Notes: generated by a model not told the origin, from the sequence alone. A stretch of 32,000 nucleotides of DNA from Candidatus Harpocratesius repetitus (GCA_021498095.1 JAIZWK010000001.1:480001-512000), one strand, 5' to 3'; positions 17,141 to 27,105 are shown, counted from the stretch's first letter. Translations and numbers: made by a program.

Positions 17141-17194
17141 AAGGGAGCAATAAAAATGAACGCTTACGAAAGTATGTGAGCGGATAATTCCCTT
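17141..17194 (+). other. Putative structured RNA element (two-helix hairpin with K-turn/SECIS-like AUGA...GA core)
   Basis: AAGGGAG (17141-47) pairs with TTCCCTT (17188-94), and CGCTTAC (17161-67) pairs with GTGAGCG (17176-82). ATGA (17156-59) and GA (17183-84) lie between the helices. Confidence 0.35.
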
Positions 17195-17252
17195 GATATT
17201 AGATTTAAGTAATTCGTGTTTTGATTAAAAGTTTTTCAGTTATGAGTTATAA

Positions 17253-20200
17253 TTATTTTTGAAAAAGCGGACGTCTTTGAAAAAAAGTTCTTATCCATCT
17301 ATATCTTCGCTGAAAATGTTCGATTTCTTTGGAGGTTAACTGTGATTTTACCCGACTCATCGCTTGTTGAAGAAGTTCATGTTCTTCAGGATCATGAAAC
17401 TTCACACCCATCTGATATACAATCGAGTATAAAATAAGTGCAGAATAATAATCTTTATTTTTTTCAAATAGAATACCTTTTCGAAAAATTTCATCTTTTC
17501 TGGCAAAGAATTCGGATTCATTCAAAGATTTACGCCCACGCAGAAATACTTCTTGAAAATCTTTTAATGTTCGGTTGATATAATGTAATATTGGTAAAGT
17601 TTCAAGACTATCAAGGTTTTCTTCGTTGGGAATTGATATTTCTTCCCAATATTTAAGATCTGATTTATCTATATCATTTTTTTGTAAATTATTTAATTCA
17701 GGATAATTTGGAGGAGTATCGGGTTTAGGAATGCGTAGAGTGGTAATATTTTCTAAGGAATTTTGAGAAGATTCTACTTTTTCATAATCTTCTAATTTAA
17801 ACGTTGATTTTAATAGAGGAATACTTTTCATTGAATCGTACACAGCAGTATGTTTTAGATATTTATTAGCAAATTTCCTACCAAATAGAATAACAATAGG
17901 TATTCCAATAAGAACAATCCCTGCAATAATTATAAGGGGTATAAAAATCTGTTGAAAAATATTGCGGGTGATTTCTATTTGAATTGTGAATGAATTAGGT
18001 AAATTCGTTCTGGATTCAGGAAAGCTAATACTAATTATTACATAATCAAACTGATCCTTTTTAGGAACATCGAAACCTGAAAGTGTGAAAACGGCATTTT
18101 CATCTGTATAGAGCGATTTCTCAATAGTATTATTAATATTTTTACCGACAAAAACAATTCTTGCAAATATTTCTTGATTTACTGCCTGCCATTCATGAGT
18201 ACCGTTATTGAATCGAATGGAACCGGAGAATTCAAAAGTTTCTTGTTCAACTACATTAATAAGGTCGTTGTAATCAAACAATACAGCCCATTTTGGCATA
18301 ATCTTTAATTCTATTTGGCTAAATTGTTGGGGAGCCAAGTTAGTTGTGTTTGCAAAAATTCTAATTTGATATAAATTCAAAGAAATTAAATTGCTAATTA
18401 GGAAATTTGCCTGATAATAACCAAATAGCGAAGAAGTGAGAGTGAAATGAGTAAAATTTGTAACAGCCAAATTATTAGTTGTATCATAAATATATCCCCA
18501 AATTGAACCGAAATTAAATGGTAAAATACTATTGGGGTCATCCAAATAGGTTGCTTGGTATTGATATTTGATTTTTATTGTAAAAAGCGAACTAAATTGC
18601 TCAAATTCTTGCAAAATAACATGATCTGAATCTGATACTTTGGAAGAATAGGCATTTGATTCAATAAACTCAAGATAAGTTGGAGGTGCGATGATTTCTA
18701 TTGATATTTCCCGATATTGAGATTCACATTTAGAAGTAGCATTTTGACACTTAAGAATCAAAAACAATGAATGTTCTCCCAAAAAATCCATATAACTGAA
18801 AGGATCGGTGTAGAAACGCAAGAAAAAGTTATCATAACTATTGTTTTCTTGCTCAAATTCAAACAACCACCAAGAAGAATCGATTAAAATCTGATCAACA
18901 TAAACAGAAATATTAAATGATGAAGGTGAGAATGACTTTCCTAAAGATTCACCAGAAGAAGTATACCATTTTCCATCTATAGTTAGACTTTGATTGAAAT
19001 ATATTTGAGAATCGCTTATTGTATAAAAAAATGTAGTATTAATAAGAATAAAAACTTGTACAGTGCAAGTTACAGTACGAAATTTATAATGAGAAAAGGT
19101 GATTGTTAGATTAACGTTAGTTCCAGCATGATAGTAATCAGGGTTAGCAAAAAGATCAAAGAAATATCTGTCTGTATCATATCGAATGGAATAATTTCCC
19201 GCCAACCAAGAAAGGGTAATATTTGCATTTGAAATAGATGTATTTTCAGCAGAATTATAAAGTACCCATAATGAATCATCTTCATTGAAAGAATTAATCT
19301 TCACATCAACACTTTTCTGTGAAAGTTTCAAGGTAGCTGATTCTTTAAGGAAATAATGGACCAGAAAAGAACCTGCAGAAGAACCATTATTCCACCATAT
19401 TCGTGCAGTTAAAAAGTTACTATTTACTCGATCAGAAATAACGTATGAAGGGAAAGAAAGTAGATGTGTTGTCTCGTTTGCTAAAGCAGATGTAGTTGAA
19501 TGATTATAGTCAAGAAAATCAGCAGCGGTAAGAATATATGAAGAATTACTTTCAAAAAAGGAGCCATTTGTCTGCCACCATGAAAGCGACACAGTCATTT
19601 CATTTCCTAAAGTGTTACAGTATGGATATATTTCATCCATTGCACTGTAAAATTGTCGACTGGGCGAGATATTGAAAAGTATGGGTTCATTATCAGATAG
19701 TGCAACAATATTTATGAATTCAGAAGAGAGGGTCGAATTAATCCAAATATAAGTCCCAGTGCATGAAAATGATGAATTATTTTCAGAAGTAATTGTAATA
19801 TTTCGCCAATTCTGAGGAAAATAGATCTTGTATCTAAAAGAAGAATTATCAAATACAAGTACAGTTGAATTAATTATCGGAATAGCAGGATCTAAAGATG
19901 AAAACCATTGAACTTCACTACTTAGAGAAGGGATTATAAATTGAGTCAAATTACTGAATTTTTCTTCGTGAATTATTATACTTAGGGAAAAATTAAAGAA
20001 ACAAGATAAATTTGCTTGGAAAAGGATACTAAACTGCCCAAATAACACGGGCCAAGGCCCCTCACCATCAGATTCAGAATTAAATTGGACTTGAAGCGGA
20101 TTTCCTGAAAAATTCCTGATTGATTGGAATCCATCTTGATCAAAAAGGCTTGCTTTAACATAAATATCTGAGATATTCAAAGAAGAATATTCAAGGTACT

Positions 20201-21527
20201 CAATATTATAAAGAAAATTTTTATTGTATGGTTGCCATTGCGTTCCATTCTCGCTAACAAGTGGATTTTGACTTCCATCAACATTGGAAATTGTTGTATA
20301 CAAATCAAAATAGTTAGTTGGTGGACCCAATTGCAACATTGAAGCGTTAATCACAAAATAATATTCACCAGGACTGAGAAATAGGGAGAATTCACTAAAA
20401 TCGAAAGTATGCCATGAACGAATAAGTTGAACTTCATTAGGGAAACTTTTTACTGCTAATGGGATAGTTAAATTCGGTCCTGTTCCATTACTTGGAAAAA
20501 TAGATATCTCAAAATTTCCTAATAGACTTGAAAAAGCACAAAATAGACGTAATTTTTGAAGATAAATATCTGATTGAATTGTAAAATTCGCGCTTGCATA
20601 AGAATACACAGAAGATTTATGGAGAGTAATTTTTGGATTATCAATTGTGCCGATCTGTTCCAAAAGTGCTGTGGAATATGAATTATTTGTATGAAAAATG
20701 GAAAAATTAAGATTTTGATAAATGGTTAAATTTGAATAAATTAGGGTTAAATTGACTAAATGTTGGCCCGACTCGGAATTGGAAAAATTATGTGCATATG
20801 AATAATTTTGGTAATTTGCAAGACTTGAAAAAGTGTGAACCAGTAAATTATCAATATAAATTTGTGCCTGGCTTATAGGTGCATTTTCAAAAGATGTAAT
20901 GGTGAAATTAATCCAGTTCAAATATCTGTTTTCACTGGGAAGTGATGTATTTACAGAATTGTTGGTATAGACTATTGTATATGTAGGATCTCCGATAATA
21001 GATTCATTTATAGGCAGAGTATGGGTTGTACTCTGCCATAAGTCATCAATAGTTATATTTAATGAAGTCACTTTATTATCAGCAGGCAGAGAAAAATGAA
21101 CTTCTGTTTGATTATTTAAAATTTCAGAAAGTGAAACAAAATTGGAGTAGTTTCCTTTTCCGTTAATGGATGTCGTATAATTTATAGGTGAACCTTCTCC
21201 AGAAAATGAAGAATTTAACAGATATAAACCTTCATTTTGATTATTATTTTTATTTATCGCAATATTTAGATCATTTGATATTTCTGAAGTTTTAGAACTA
21301 TTTTCATTCAAGTGTGTATTATTCAAAGTAGAAAGATCTGAGTTAATATTGAGATTTTTTGAATATGAAGAAGAATTATTAATGCGATTAAGATTGGCAA
21401 GATCAACAAGAGTATGGGATGAATTACTCTTAATTTCAATAATATTAAAGCAAATTAAGCTTGAGAAAAAAATAAAACTCATAAATATTCCAAAATATTT
21501 TTTCCTTCCCACCACACTCATATACAC
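17253..21527 (-). CDS. Very large secreted, membrane-anchored surface glycoprotein with about 200-aa cytoplasmic tail
   Basis: N-terminal basic + hydrophobic signal (RKKYFGIFMSFIFFSSLICF), a beta-rich S/N/T-rich ectodomain with many N-x-S/T sequons, TM IFIPLIIIAGIVLIGIPIVILFG followed by RK, and a charged C-terminal tail. Confidence 0.8.
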   Translation of the reverse strand: MYMSVVGRKKYFGIFMSFIFFSSLICFNIIEIKSNSSHTLVDLANLNRINNSSSYSKNLNINSDLSTLNNTHLNENSSKTSEISNDLNIAINKNNNQNEGLYLLNSSFSGEGSPINYTTSINGKGNYSNFVSLSEILNNQTEVHFSLPADNKVTSLNITIDDLWQSTTHTLPINESIIGDPTYTIVYTNNSVNTSLPSENRYLNWINFTITSFENAPISQAQIYIDNLLVHTFSSLANYQNYSYAHNFSNSESGQHLVNLTLIYSNLTIYQNLNFSIFHTNNSYSTALLEQIGTIDNPKITLHKSSVYSYASANFTIQSDIYLQKLRLFCAFSSLLGNFEISIFPSNGTGPNLTIPLAVKSFPNEVQLIRSWHTFDFSEFSLFLSPGEYYFVINASMLQLGPPTNYFDLYTTISNVDGSQNPLVSENGTQWQPYNKNFLYNIEYLEYSSLNISDIYVKASLFDQDGFQSIRNFSGNPLQVQFNSESDGEGPWPVLFGQFSILFQANLSCFFNFSLSIIIHEEKFSNLTQFIIPSLSSEVQWFSSLDPAIPIINSTVLVFDNSSFRYKIYFPQNWRNITITSENNSSFSCTGTYIWINSTLSSEFINIVALSDNEPILFNISPSRQFYSAMDEIYPYCNTLGNEMTVSLSWWQTNGSFFESNSSYILTAADFLDYNHSTTSALANETTHLLSFPSYVISDRVNSNFLTARIWWNNGSSAGSFLVHYFLKESATLKLSQKSVDVKINSFNEDDSLWVLYNSAENTSISNANITLSWLAGNYSIRYDTDRYFFDLFANPDYYHAGTNVNLTITFSHYKFRTVTCTVQVFILINTTFFYTISDSQIYFNQSLTIDGKWYTSSGESLGKSFSPSSFNISVYVDQILIDSSWWLFEFEQENNSYDNFFLRFYTDPFSYMDFLGEHSLFLILKCQNATSKCESQYREISIEIIAPPTYLEFIESNAYSSKVSDSDHVILQEFEQFSSLFTIKIKYQYQATYLDDPNSILPFNFGSIWGYIYDTTNNLAVTNFTHFTLTSSLFGYYQANFLISNLISLNLYQIRIFANTTNLAPQQFSQIELKIMPKWAVLFDYNDLINVVEQETFEFSGSIRFNNGTHEWQAVNQEIFARIVFVGKNINNTIEKSLYTDENAVFTLSGFDVPKKDQFDYVIISISFPESRTNLPNSFTIQIEITRNIFQQIFIPLIIIAGIVLIGIPIVILFGRKFANKYLKHTAVYDSMKSIPLLKSTFKLEDYEKVESSQNSLENITTLRIPKPDTPPNYPELNNLQKNDIDKSDLKYWEEISIPNEENLDSLETLPILHYINRTLKDFQEVFLRGRKSLNESEFFARKDEIFRKGILFEKNKDYYSALILYSIVYQMGVKFHDPEEHELLQQAMSRVKSQLTSKEIEHFQRRYRWIRTFFQRRPLFQK

Positions 21528-21641
21528 ACTTAGAAAAAATTCCTTAAATTTGTTTGGAATAATAGCGAACTTTTAATATAAAGCGCATATTTATAATGAA
21601 AAATAAATAGAAGGAAGAATTCAACTTCGTACCAAGTAAAG

Positions 21642-22916
21642 ATGGGAGATGGAAAAATATTGATTAACCAAAAGATAAAGGAACGCATGCTCAAGTTAAA
21701 ATTAACTAAGCTTGATCAAAAATTAGAGCATGAATTAATTCGTTCTTTTCGTTCTTTCTCCGAACAAGTGAAAGAAGATATTAATGCAATTGATGATTCC
21801 CCCCAACTGCTAAATATTATTCGTATCGGGTCAGCATTTAGAGAATTGTGTGATAAAATAGGTGAAGATAAAGATCATTTTAGCAAATTTTTTCGGTTTT
21901 TAGAAGAAGTTCGTTCACAAGATCGACAGATGGAAGAGTTAATTGAAGCTTTTAAGCGAAAATATGATTTCTCAAATCCATCTAAGTTTCGGGTAGAAGT
22001 ATCAGTAAATACTCAAGATATTCTTTTATATATTCAATCTTTGATTTCCATTTATGATGATTTTCAATCCCAGAAAGAAGAACTCAAACAATCTTTTGTA
22101 GATAATGATTCTTCATCATATAATGCAGAGAAAAAAGATTATTTATCCTTCTTTCAAAAAAAGATTCAAGCAATCAAACAAAAAACCCGTTTGATCACCC
22201 ATCTTACACCTGATGTAGTAGAACAAATGGATGATTCATCATCCCATATTTCTCGTACCATCTCAAGTGCTTATTATTTAGTTCATCCTGAACAAAAACC
22301 AGAGAATCGCAGATTAATTCAAGATTTTAAAAAATCCTCACCTTCAGATATCTTAGATTCTTTCAAACAACCACTTCCTTTTCAGCTTGAAAAAGCAATA
22401 TTACATACTTTTATTAAAGATTTAGAAAATAAAATGAAAGACTTTGAATCACAAGGATTTATTGCGCATATTCGTTCATTTGCACCTCTTATTTTTGCCA
22501 AATATGAAGAAATGGTCAATAATTTTGATAGTTCAAATAGTTTTACTTTAAACTTTGAAGAAAAGCTCCAACTCAAAAATATAATTAGAAAACACTACCG
22601 TGCACTTGAAGAATGGTTAGAACGTGTTAATCGTAAATATGGTGAAGATCAAGGTAATTCAAAAATAGAACCACATGTTAATCCAAAAATTCTCAAATCT
22701 CACTTAACAGAATACCAAATTAAGCGCGATCAACTGCAGAATCAAAGGGAAAATCGAAGGATTTATCAGCATATTCTTAAACAAGAGAAATTAGAAGAGA
22801 AGAATATGAAACAAAAAAGTAGAGAAATATTAAATGCCAAGAAATCAGAAAATAGTGAAGATCAAATTAAGAACGATCCAGATAAGCAAGAAGAATTAAA
22901 AAAAGCTAATAATTAA
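21642..22916 (+). CDS. Hypothetical charged alpha-helical/coiled-coil protein
   Basis: 424-aa ORF rich in K/E/Q, with no TM segment and no recognised motif. Confidence 0.7.
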   Translation: MGDGKILINQKIKERMLKLKLTKLDQKLEHELIRSFRSFSEQVKEDINAIDDSPQLLNIIRIGSAFRELCDKIGEDKDHFSKFFRFLEEVRSQDRQMEELIEAFKRKYDFSNPSKFRVEVSVNTQDILLYIQSLISIYDDFQSQKEELKQSFVDNDSSSYNAEKKDYLSFFQKKIQAIKQKTRLITHLTPDVVEQMDDSSSHISRTISSAYYLVHPEQKPENRRLIQDFKKSSPSDILDSFKQPLPFQLEKAILHTFIKDLENKMKDFESQGFIAHIRSFAPLIFAKYEEMVNNFDSSNSFTLNFEEKLQLKNIIRKHYRALEEWLERVNRKYGEDQGNSKIEPHVNPKILKSHLTEYQIKRDQLQNQRENRRIYQHILKQEKLEEKNMKQKSREILNAKKSENSEDQIKNDPDKQEELKKANN

Positions 22917-22972
22917 TAAATAAAAGAAATATTTGAAAAAAGTAAGAAAACAAAATAAAAAATCTTTCATCT

Positions 22973-25900
22973 TTATCTTCGTTTACGATATACAGGGATA
23001 ACAATCGCTACGATCGCAACGAAACTTATTCCACCTAACAGCGGCGTTGTATATCCAGGAATGCTACTAAAATCTAAATTCGAGAAAGAATTTGTATTAT
23101 TTCCTGTAGGAGAAGTTCCAGTATCATCATCTCCCGAAGTAGTTGTATCGTCTGAAGAACTTGATTGTGAGTCTATGTGAATTTCCAAATTATACCATCG
23201 AAATCCATCATCTCCACCTACTAAAAGGATTAAATCTTGTTCAACATTATTAGAGAACCATAAATACAATTCTCCGTCACTAGATGAATAATCGCTTACT
23301 AAAGTCGAACTTCCATCAGAATTCATCAGTTCTGCAAAGAAAGATCCCATCGAATCGCATTTTATCCGAATAGAAATGCTCCCAACTGGAACATGGAATC
23401 GATAGTAGTCTTGATCTCCTTGAATCAAATCATTCCATTGTCCTGGAGCATCTATCCAAGCAGCATTTTGAGGTTCATCATTTTCTTCCATATAATCGTC
23501 TTGTGGATTTTCATCTTGCCACCAGATATTTAAATCATACATATCACCATTATCAGGACCTGAAACTCGGATATATTCGGTGGGATAATCTCCAGATGCT
23601 GTCCAGACCAACTCTTTTCCGTCACTATAATCAGTAACAGCGTATACATGTACATCTCCATATTGATCTATAAGTTCAATGCTCAAATCAGTACTATATC
23701 GATCAAAAACTATATAAACATGAACAGTTTTTCCTGATGTGATTCCTGGAATCTGGAACCAATCTTGATCGAATTGATAAAATGATGAATAATATCCCCA
23801 ATCAAGCCATCTAGCTTCAGATTGAAAATCATTTTCTTCAGCCCAATCGTCATCATTTCGTTCAACCCATAAATTCAAGTTATAGAGGTTTCCCCAGTTT
23901 CCTCCCCATATATGAAGATATATACTGTCATAGTCACCGTAGTCACCGTAAACATTCCAAATTAATTCTTTACCATCAAATCGATCTTCGACTGAATAAC
24001 CAACTGGATTTCCGTTTATATCTACTAATTCCATATTAAGACTGTCATTGTCTCGATCAAATGTTGAATATATATGAATAATGTCACCATCCTTAACTGT
24101 AGGGATCTGGAACCAATCATCATCAAATTGGTACAAATTCGAGTAATATCCCCAGTCAAGTTCATAGGCAGATGACATAAAATCATTTGGTTCAGCCCAG
24201 TCATCTCCACCAAAATTGATTTTCGTTTCTAAATCATACCAATCTCCTAAATTTGGTCCTGTAATTCTGATATAAATATATCGTCCTATTTCTGAATTTT
24301 GATATTCTGAATAAACACAATCTCCAGCATAAATTCCATCTGCTAACCAATATCCATCAGAATCCCATAGTGAAAGATAAGGAGTCCAACTGTAATTATC
24401 AAAAAACATCGAAATTGTAAAGAAATCATCAGGTTCTAACCAAACATTATACCAATCTTCATCCCATTGATAAAAATCGGGATAATAAGTATTAATATCA
24501 AGCCATCTTGCTGACCACATATCGTCGTTTTCTTCTGCCCAATCATCAGAAACGGAAACATTTTCCCACCAAATATCTAAATTATACCAATCTCCCAAGT
24601 TTGGTCCGTAAACCAGAATGTAGAGATATGAATGATATTGATCAGGAGTAAACGCAATTTCCTTTGAATACTCATTAGAATAGTAATCGACAGTAAGTAG
24701 ATAACCCGTTTCATTATATAAGGCAATATATAATTCAGTAAAGTTTCTATCATATTCTAATCGCACATGCAGTCTTTGATCTGTACCTACTCCTGGAGTT
24801 TGATACCAATCATCATCCCATTGAAGAAGACTGGAATAATAACTCCATCCAAGAGGATATGCATTAGCCATATAGTCATTCTCTTCTGCCCAATCATCAG
24901 AAACGGAAACATTTTCCCACCAAATATCTAAATTATACCAATCTCCCAAGTTTGGTCCGTAAACCAGAATGTAGAGATATGAATGATATTGCCCAGGAGT
25001 AAAAGCAATTTCCTTTGAATACTCATCAGAATAGTAATCGACAGTAAGTAGATAACCCGTTTCATTATATAAGGCAATATATAATTCAGTAAAGTTTCTA
25101 TCATATTCTAATCGCACATGCAGTCTTTGATCTGTACCTACTCCTGGAGTTTGATACCAATCATCATCCCATTGAAGAAAACTGGAATAATAACTCCATC
25201 CAAGAGGATATGCATTAGCCATATAATCATTCTCTTCTGCCCAATCATCAGAAACGGAAACATTTTCCCACCAAATGTCTAAATCATACCAATCTCCCAA
25301 GTTTGGTCCGTAAATCAGAATGTAGAGATATGAATGATATTGATCAGGAGTAAAAGCAATTTCCTTTGAATACTCATCAGAATAGTAATCGACAGTAAGT
25401 AGATAACCCGTTTCATTATACAAAGCTAAATATAATTCAGTAAAGTTTCTATCATAATTTAAACGCACATGCACTCTTTGATCTGTACCAACTCCAGGAG
25501 TTTGATACCAATCATCATTCCATTGAAAAAGACCGAAATAATAATTCCATCCAAGAGGATATGCATTAGTTATATAGTCGTTAGGTTCAGCCCAATCATC
25601 GCCATATGATTCAATGATATAATCTAAATTATATACTGAATAATCACCACTAATTTTGATATAGTAATATTCTGATGAATTTCCGTTCACAAAGTTTAGC
25701 CATTTTGCACCATCCCACATTTTCGATGCATTTAGTAATAGATTACTATATTGATCATATAATTCAAGATTGACTTCTACCCATGAATCATAATATAAAT
25801 AAACTGAAATGTTATCATAATCATTCAACCAAATGGCGTACCAGTCAGCATTGTCGTTCAAAACCAGATGATCATAATAATTTGGAACTAGTTCTGGAGC

Positions 25901-27094
25901 TTCGCCTAAGTAGTCGTTTTCTTCCCAACTATCTTCAACAATTTTTATAGAAAGATTGTAGAATCCTGGTATTGGACTCATATATCCACTCGCACTATAA
26001 ATCTGCAATTTATATTGCTGATATCCACCGTAACAATAGAAACTGAAATTTTCATAATTTGATACTCCATATGATCCTCCAATTGAATTGTTATAACTAT
26101 CATAAATCGTAAAATCAAGATCATTTTCAGTATGATTGAAAAACGCTTCAATTTCTATTAAAGTTCCATTATAGCCATCGAATGTGAACCAATCTTCATC
26201 TGCAAGTGATAAATAAGTATAATAACCATATCCAATATAGTATGATTCATTGATATTGTCGTTTTCTTCATATGGATCATCAGTTGCACCCATTCCAGGA
26301 TATGTCCAAATATCCATGTCATACATATAACCAGAATAAGGAACTTCCCATACATAAATAGTCAAATTCTGATCAAGACCAGTTGCATTCAAGTAAACTT
26401 CGACTTGACCAAAACTAGTATGAATTCCAGAAGCAATAATACTTCCAGTCTCATTGAGAATATCAAAATCAATCCAAGAATAAGCTTCATCGAAGTTTAT
26501 CTTGACTTCTAAATCTTCATCAGCCATAACAAAAATGCGATAATAGTCACTGTCATTCATGAATAAATCGGCATAAAAATTTGGCCAAATTATTGATGCT
26601 GAAATGAAATCGTCGTTTCCTCCAAAATCATCAAATTTGTCATCAATACTACCTGGTGCAAATTCATCCACAATTAATGAGTATGTCGAATTATAAAGAC
26701 CTCCATTACTATAAAGTCGAATTACATAATAGTCTAAATTTGGAACTGTGAAATACAAGTCTTTAATTGGTTCCCAATCATAATTTCCTTTTACAAATGT
26801 ATACGATGAATTATAAAGCTCAATATTAATAGTTTCATTGGTTGCATTTGTTTGAATTTGGATATGTAAAATAAATCCTGCTGTTGCATTAACTCGGAAA
26901 TAATCTTCATCATATAAAGATAGATCATATTGTCCCCAAGAAATATTATATGCTGTGTAAAATGTGTCATTTTCTTCATAAATATCTTCAGGTTCTGCAG
27001 CTTGAACAGTAGTGATTGTGTTTACATGGAGACTGACAATGAGAAGAAGAAATCCCAATGCAATAGGAATAAGTCGATGCGTTATTTTTCTCAT
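22973..27094 (-). CDS. Cell-surface protein with 11 PPC-like beta-sandwich repeats and IPGY-TM-basic (Loki/PGF-CTERM-like) sorting signal
   Basis: Signal peptide, 11 units of about 115-120 aa starting D-D-x-x-E-x-N-D and containing D-x-D-W/Y-Y/F, an S/D/T linker, and C-terminus SIPGY-TTPLLGGISFVAIVAIVIPVY-RKRR. Confidence 0.85.
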   Translation of the reverse strand: MRKITHRLIPIALGFLLLIVSLHVNTITTVQAAEPEDIYEENDTFYTAYNISWGQYDLSLYDEDYFRVNATAGFILHIQIQTNATNETINIELYNSSYTFVKGNYDWEPIKDLYFTVPNLDYYVIRLYSNGGLYNSTYSLIVDEFAPGSIDDKFDDFGGNDDFISASIIWPNFYADLFMNDSDYYRIFVMADEDLEVKINFDEAYSWIDFDILNETGSIIASGIHTSFGQVEVYLNATGLDQNLTIYVWEVPYSGYMYDMDIWTYPGMGATDDPYEENDNINESYYIGYGYYTYLSLADEDWFTFDGYNGTLIEIEAFFNHTENDLDFTIYDSYNNSIGGSYGVSNYENFSFYCYGGYQQYKLQIYSASGYMSPIPGFYNLSIKIVEDSWEENDYLGEAPELVPNYYDHLVLNDNADWYAIWLNDYDNISVYLYYDSWVEVNLELYDQYSNLLLNASKMWDGAKWLNFVNGNSSEYYYIKISGDYSVYNLDYIIESYGDDWAEPNDYITNAYPLGWNYYFGLFQWNDDWYQTPGVGTDQRVHVRLNYDRNFTELYLALYNETGYLLTVDYYSDEYSKEIAFTPDQYHSYLYILIYGPNLGDWYDLDIWWENVSVSDDWAEENDYMANAYPLGWSYYSSFLQWDDDWYQTPGVGTDQRLHVRLEYDRNFTELYIALYNETGYLLTVDYYSDEYSKEIAFTPGQYHSYLYILVYGPNLGDWYNLDIWWENVSVSDDWAEENDYMANAYPLGWSYYSSLLQWDDDWYQTPGVGTDQRLHVRLEYDRNFTELYIALYNETGYLLTVDYYSNEYSKEIAFTPDQYHSYLYILVYGPNLGDWYNLDIWWENVSVSDDWAEENDDMWSARWLDINTYYPDFYQWDEDWYNVWLEPDDFFTISMFFDNYSWTPYLSLWDSDGYWLADGIYAGDCVYSEYQNSEIGRYIYIRITGPNLGDWYDLETKINFGGDDWAEPNDFMSSAYELDWGYYSNLYQFDDDWFQIPTVKDGDIIHIYSTFDRDNDSLNMELVDINGNPVGYSVEDRFDGKELIWNVYGDYGDYDSIYLHIWGGNWGNLYNLNLWVERNDDDWAEENDFQSEARWLDWGYYSSFYQFDQDWFQIPGITSGKTVHVYIVFDRYSTDLSIELIDQYGDVHVYAVTDYSDGKELVWTASGDYPTEYIRVSGPDNGDMYDLNIWWQDENPQDDYMEENDEPQNAAWIDAPGQWNDLIQGDQDYYRFHVPVGSISIRIKCDSMGSFFAELMNSDGSSTLVSDYSSSDGELYLWFSNNVEQDLILLVGGDDGFRWYNLEIHIDSQSSSSDDTTTSGDDDTGTSPTGNNTNSFSNLDFSSIPGYTTPLLGGISFVAIVAIVIPVYRKRR
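24548..25600 (-). repeat. Three tandem 351-bp (117-codon) intragenic repeats
   Basis: Anchor tcttctgcccaatcatcagaaacggaaac recurs at 24531, 24882 and 25233 (period 351). The copies at 24548-24898 and 24899-25249 differ at about 6 nt by my count. Confidence 0.95.
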
Positions 27095-27105
27095 ATTTAA
27101 TTTTT

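Noticed and set aside
17156-17179. Mini-ORF MNAYESM* preceded by GGGAG
   Set aside because: Only 7 codons, and the purine tract is already explained as one arm of the hairpin.
17175-17187. TGTGAGCGGATAA, a 13-nt match to the E. coli lac operator
   Set aside because: The match is incomplete, there is no other vector sequence nearby, and the flanks are native-looking. It is better explained as chance within the local hairpin.
24548-25600. Long direct repeats considered as a CRISPR array or mobile element
   Set aside because: The units are 351 bp, in frame, without spacers or terminal repeats; they are protein-domain duplications.
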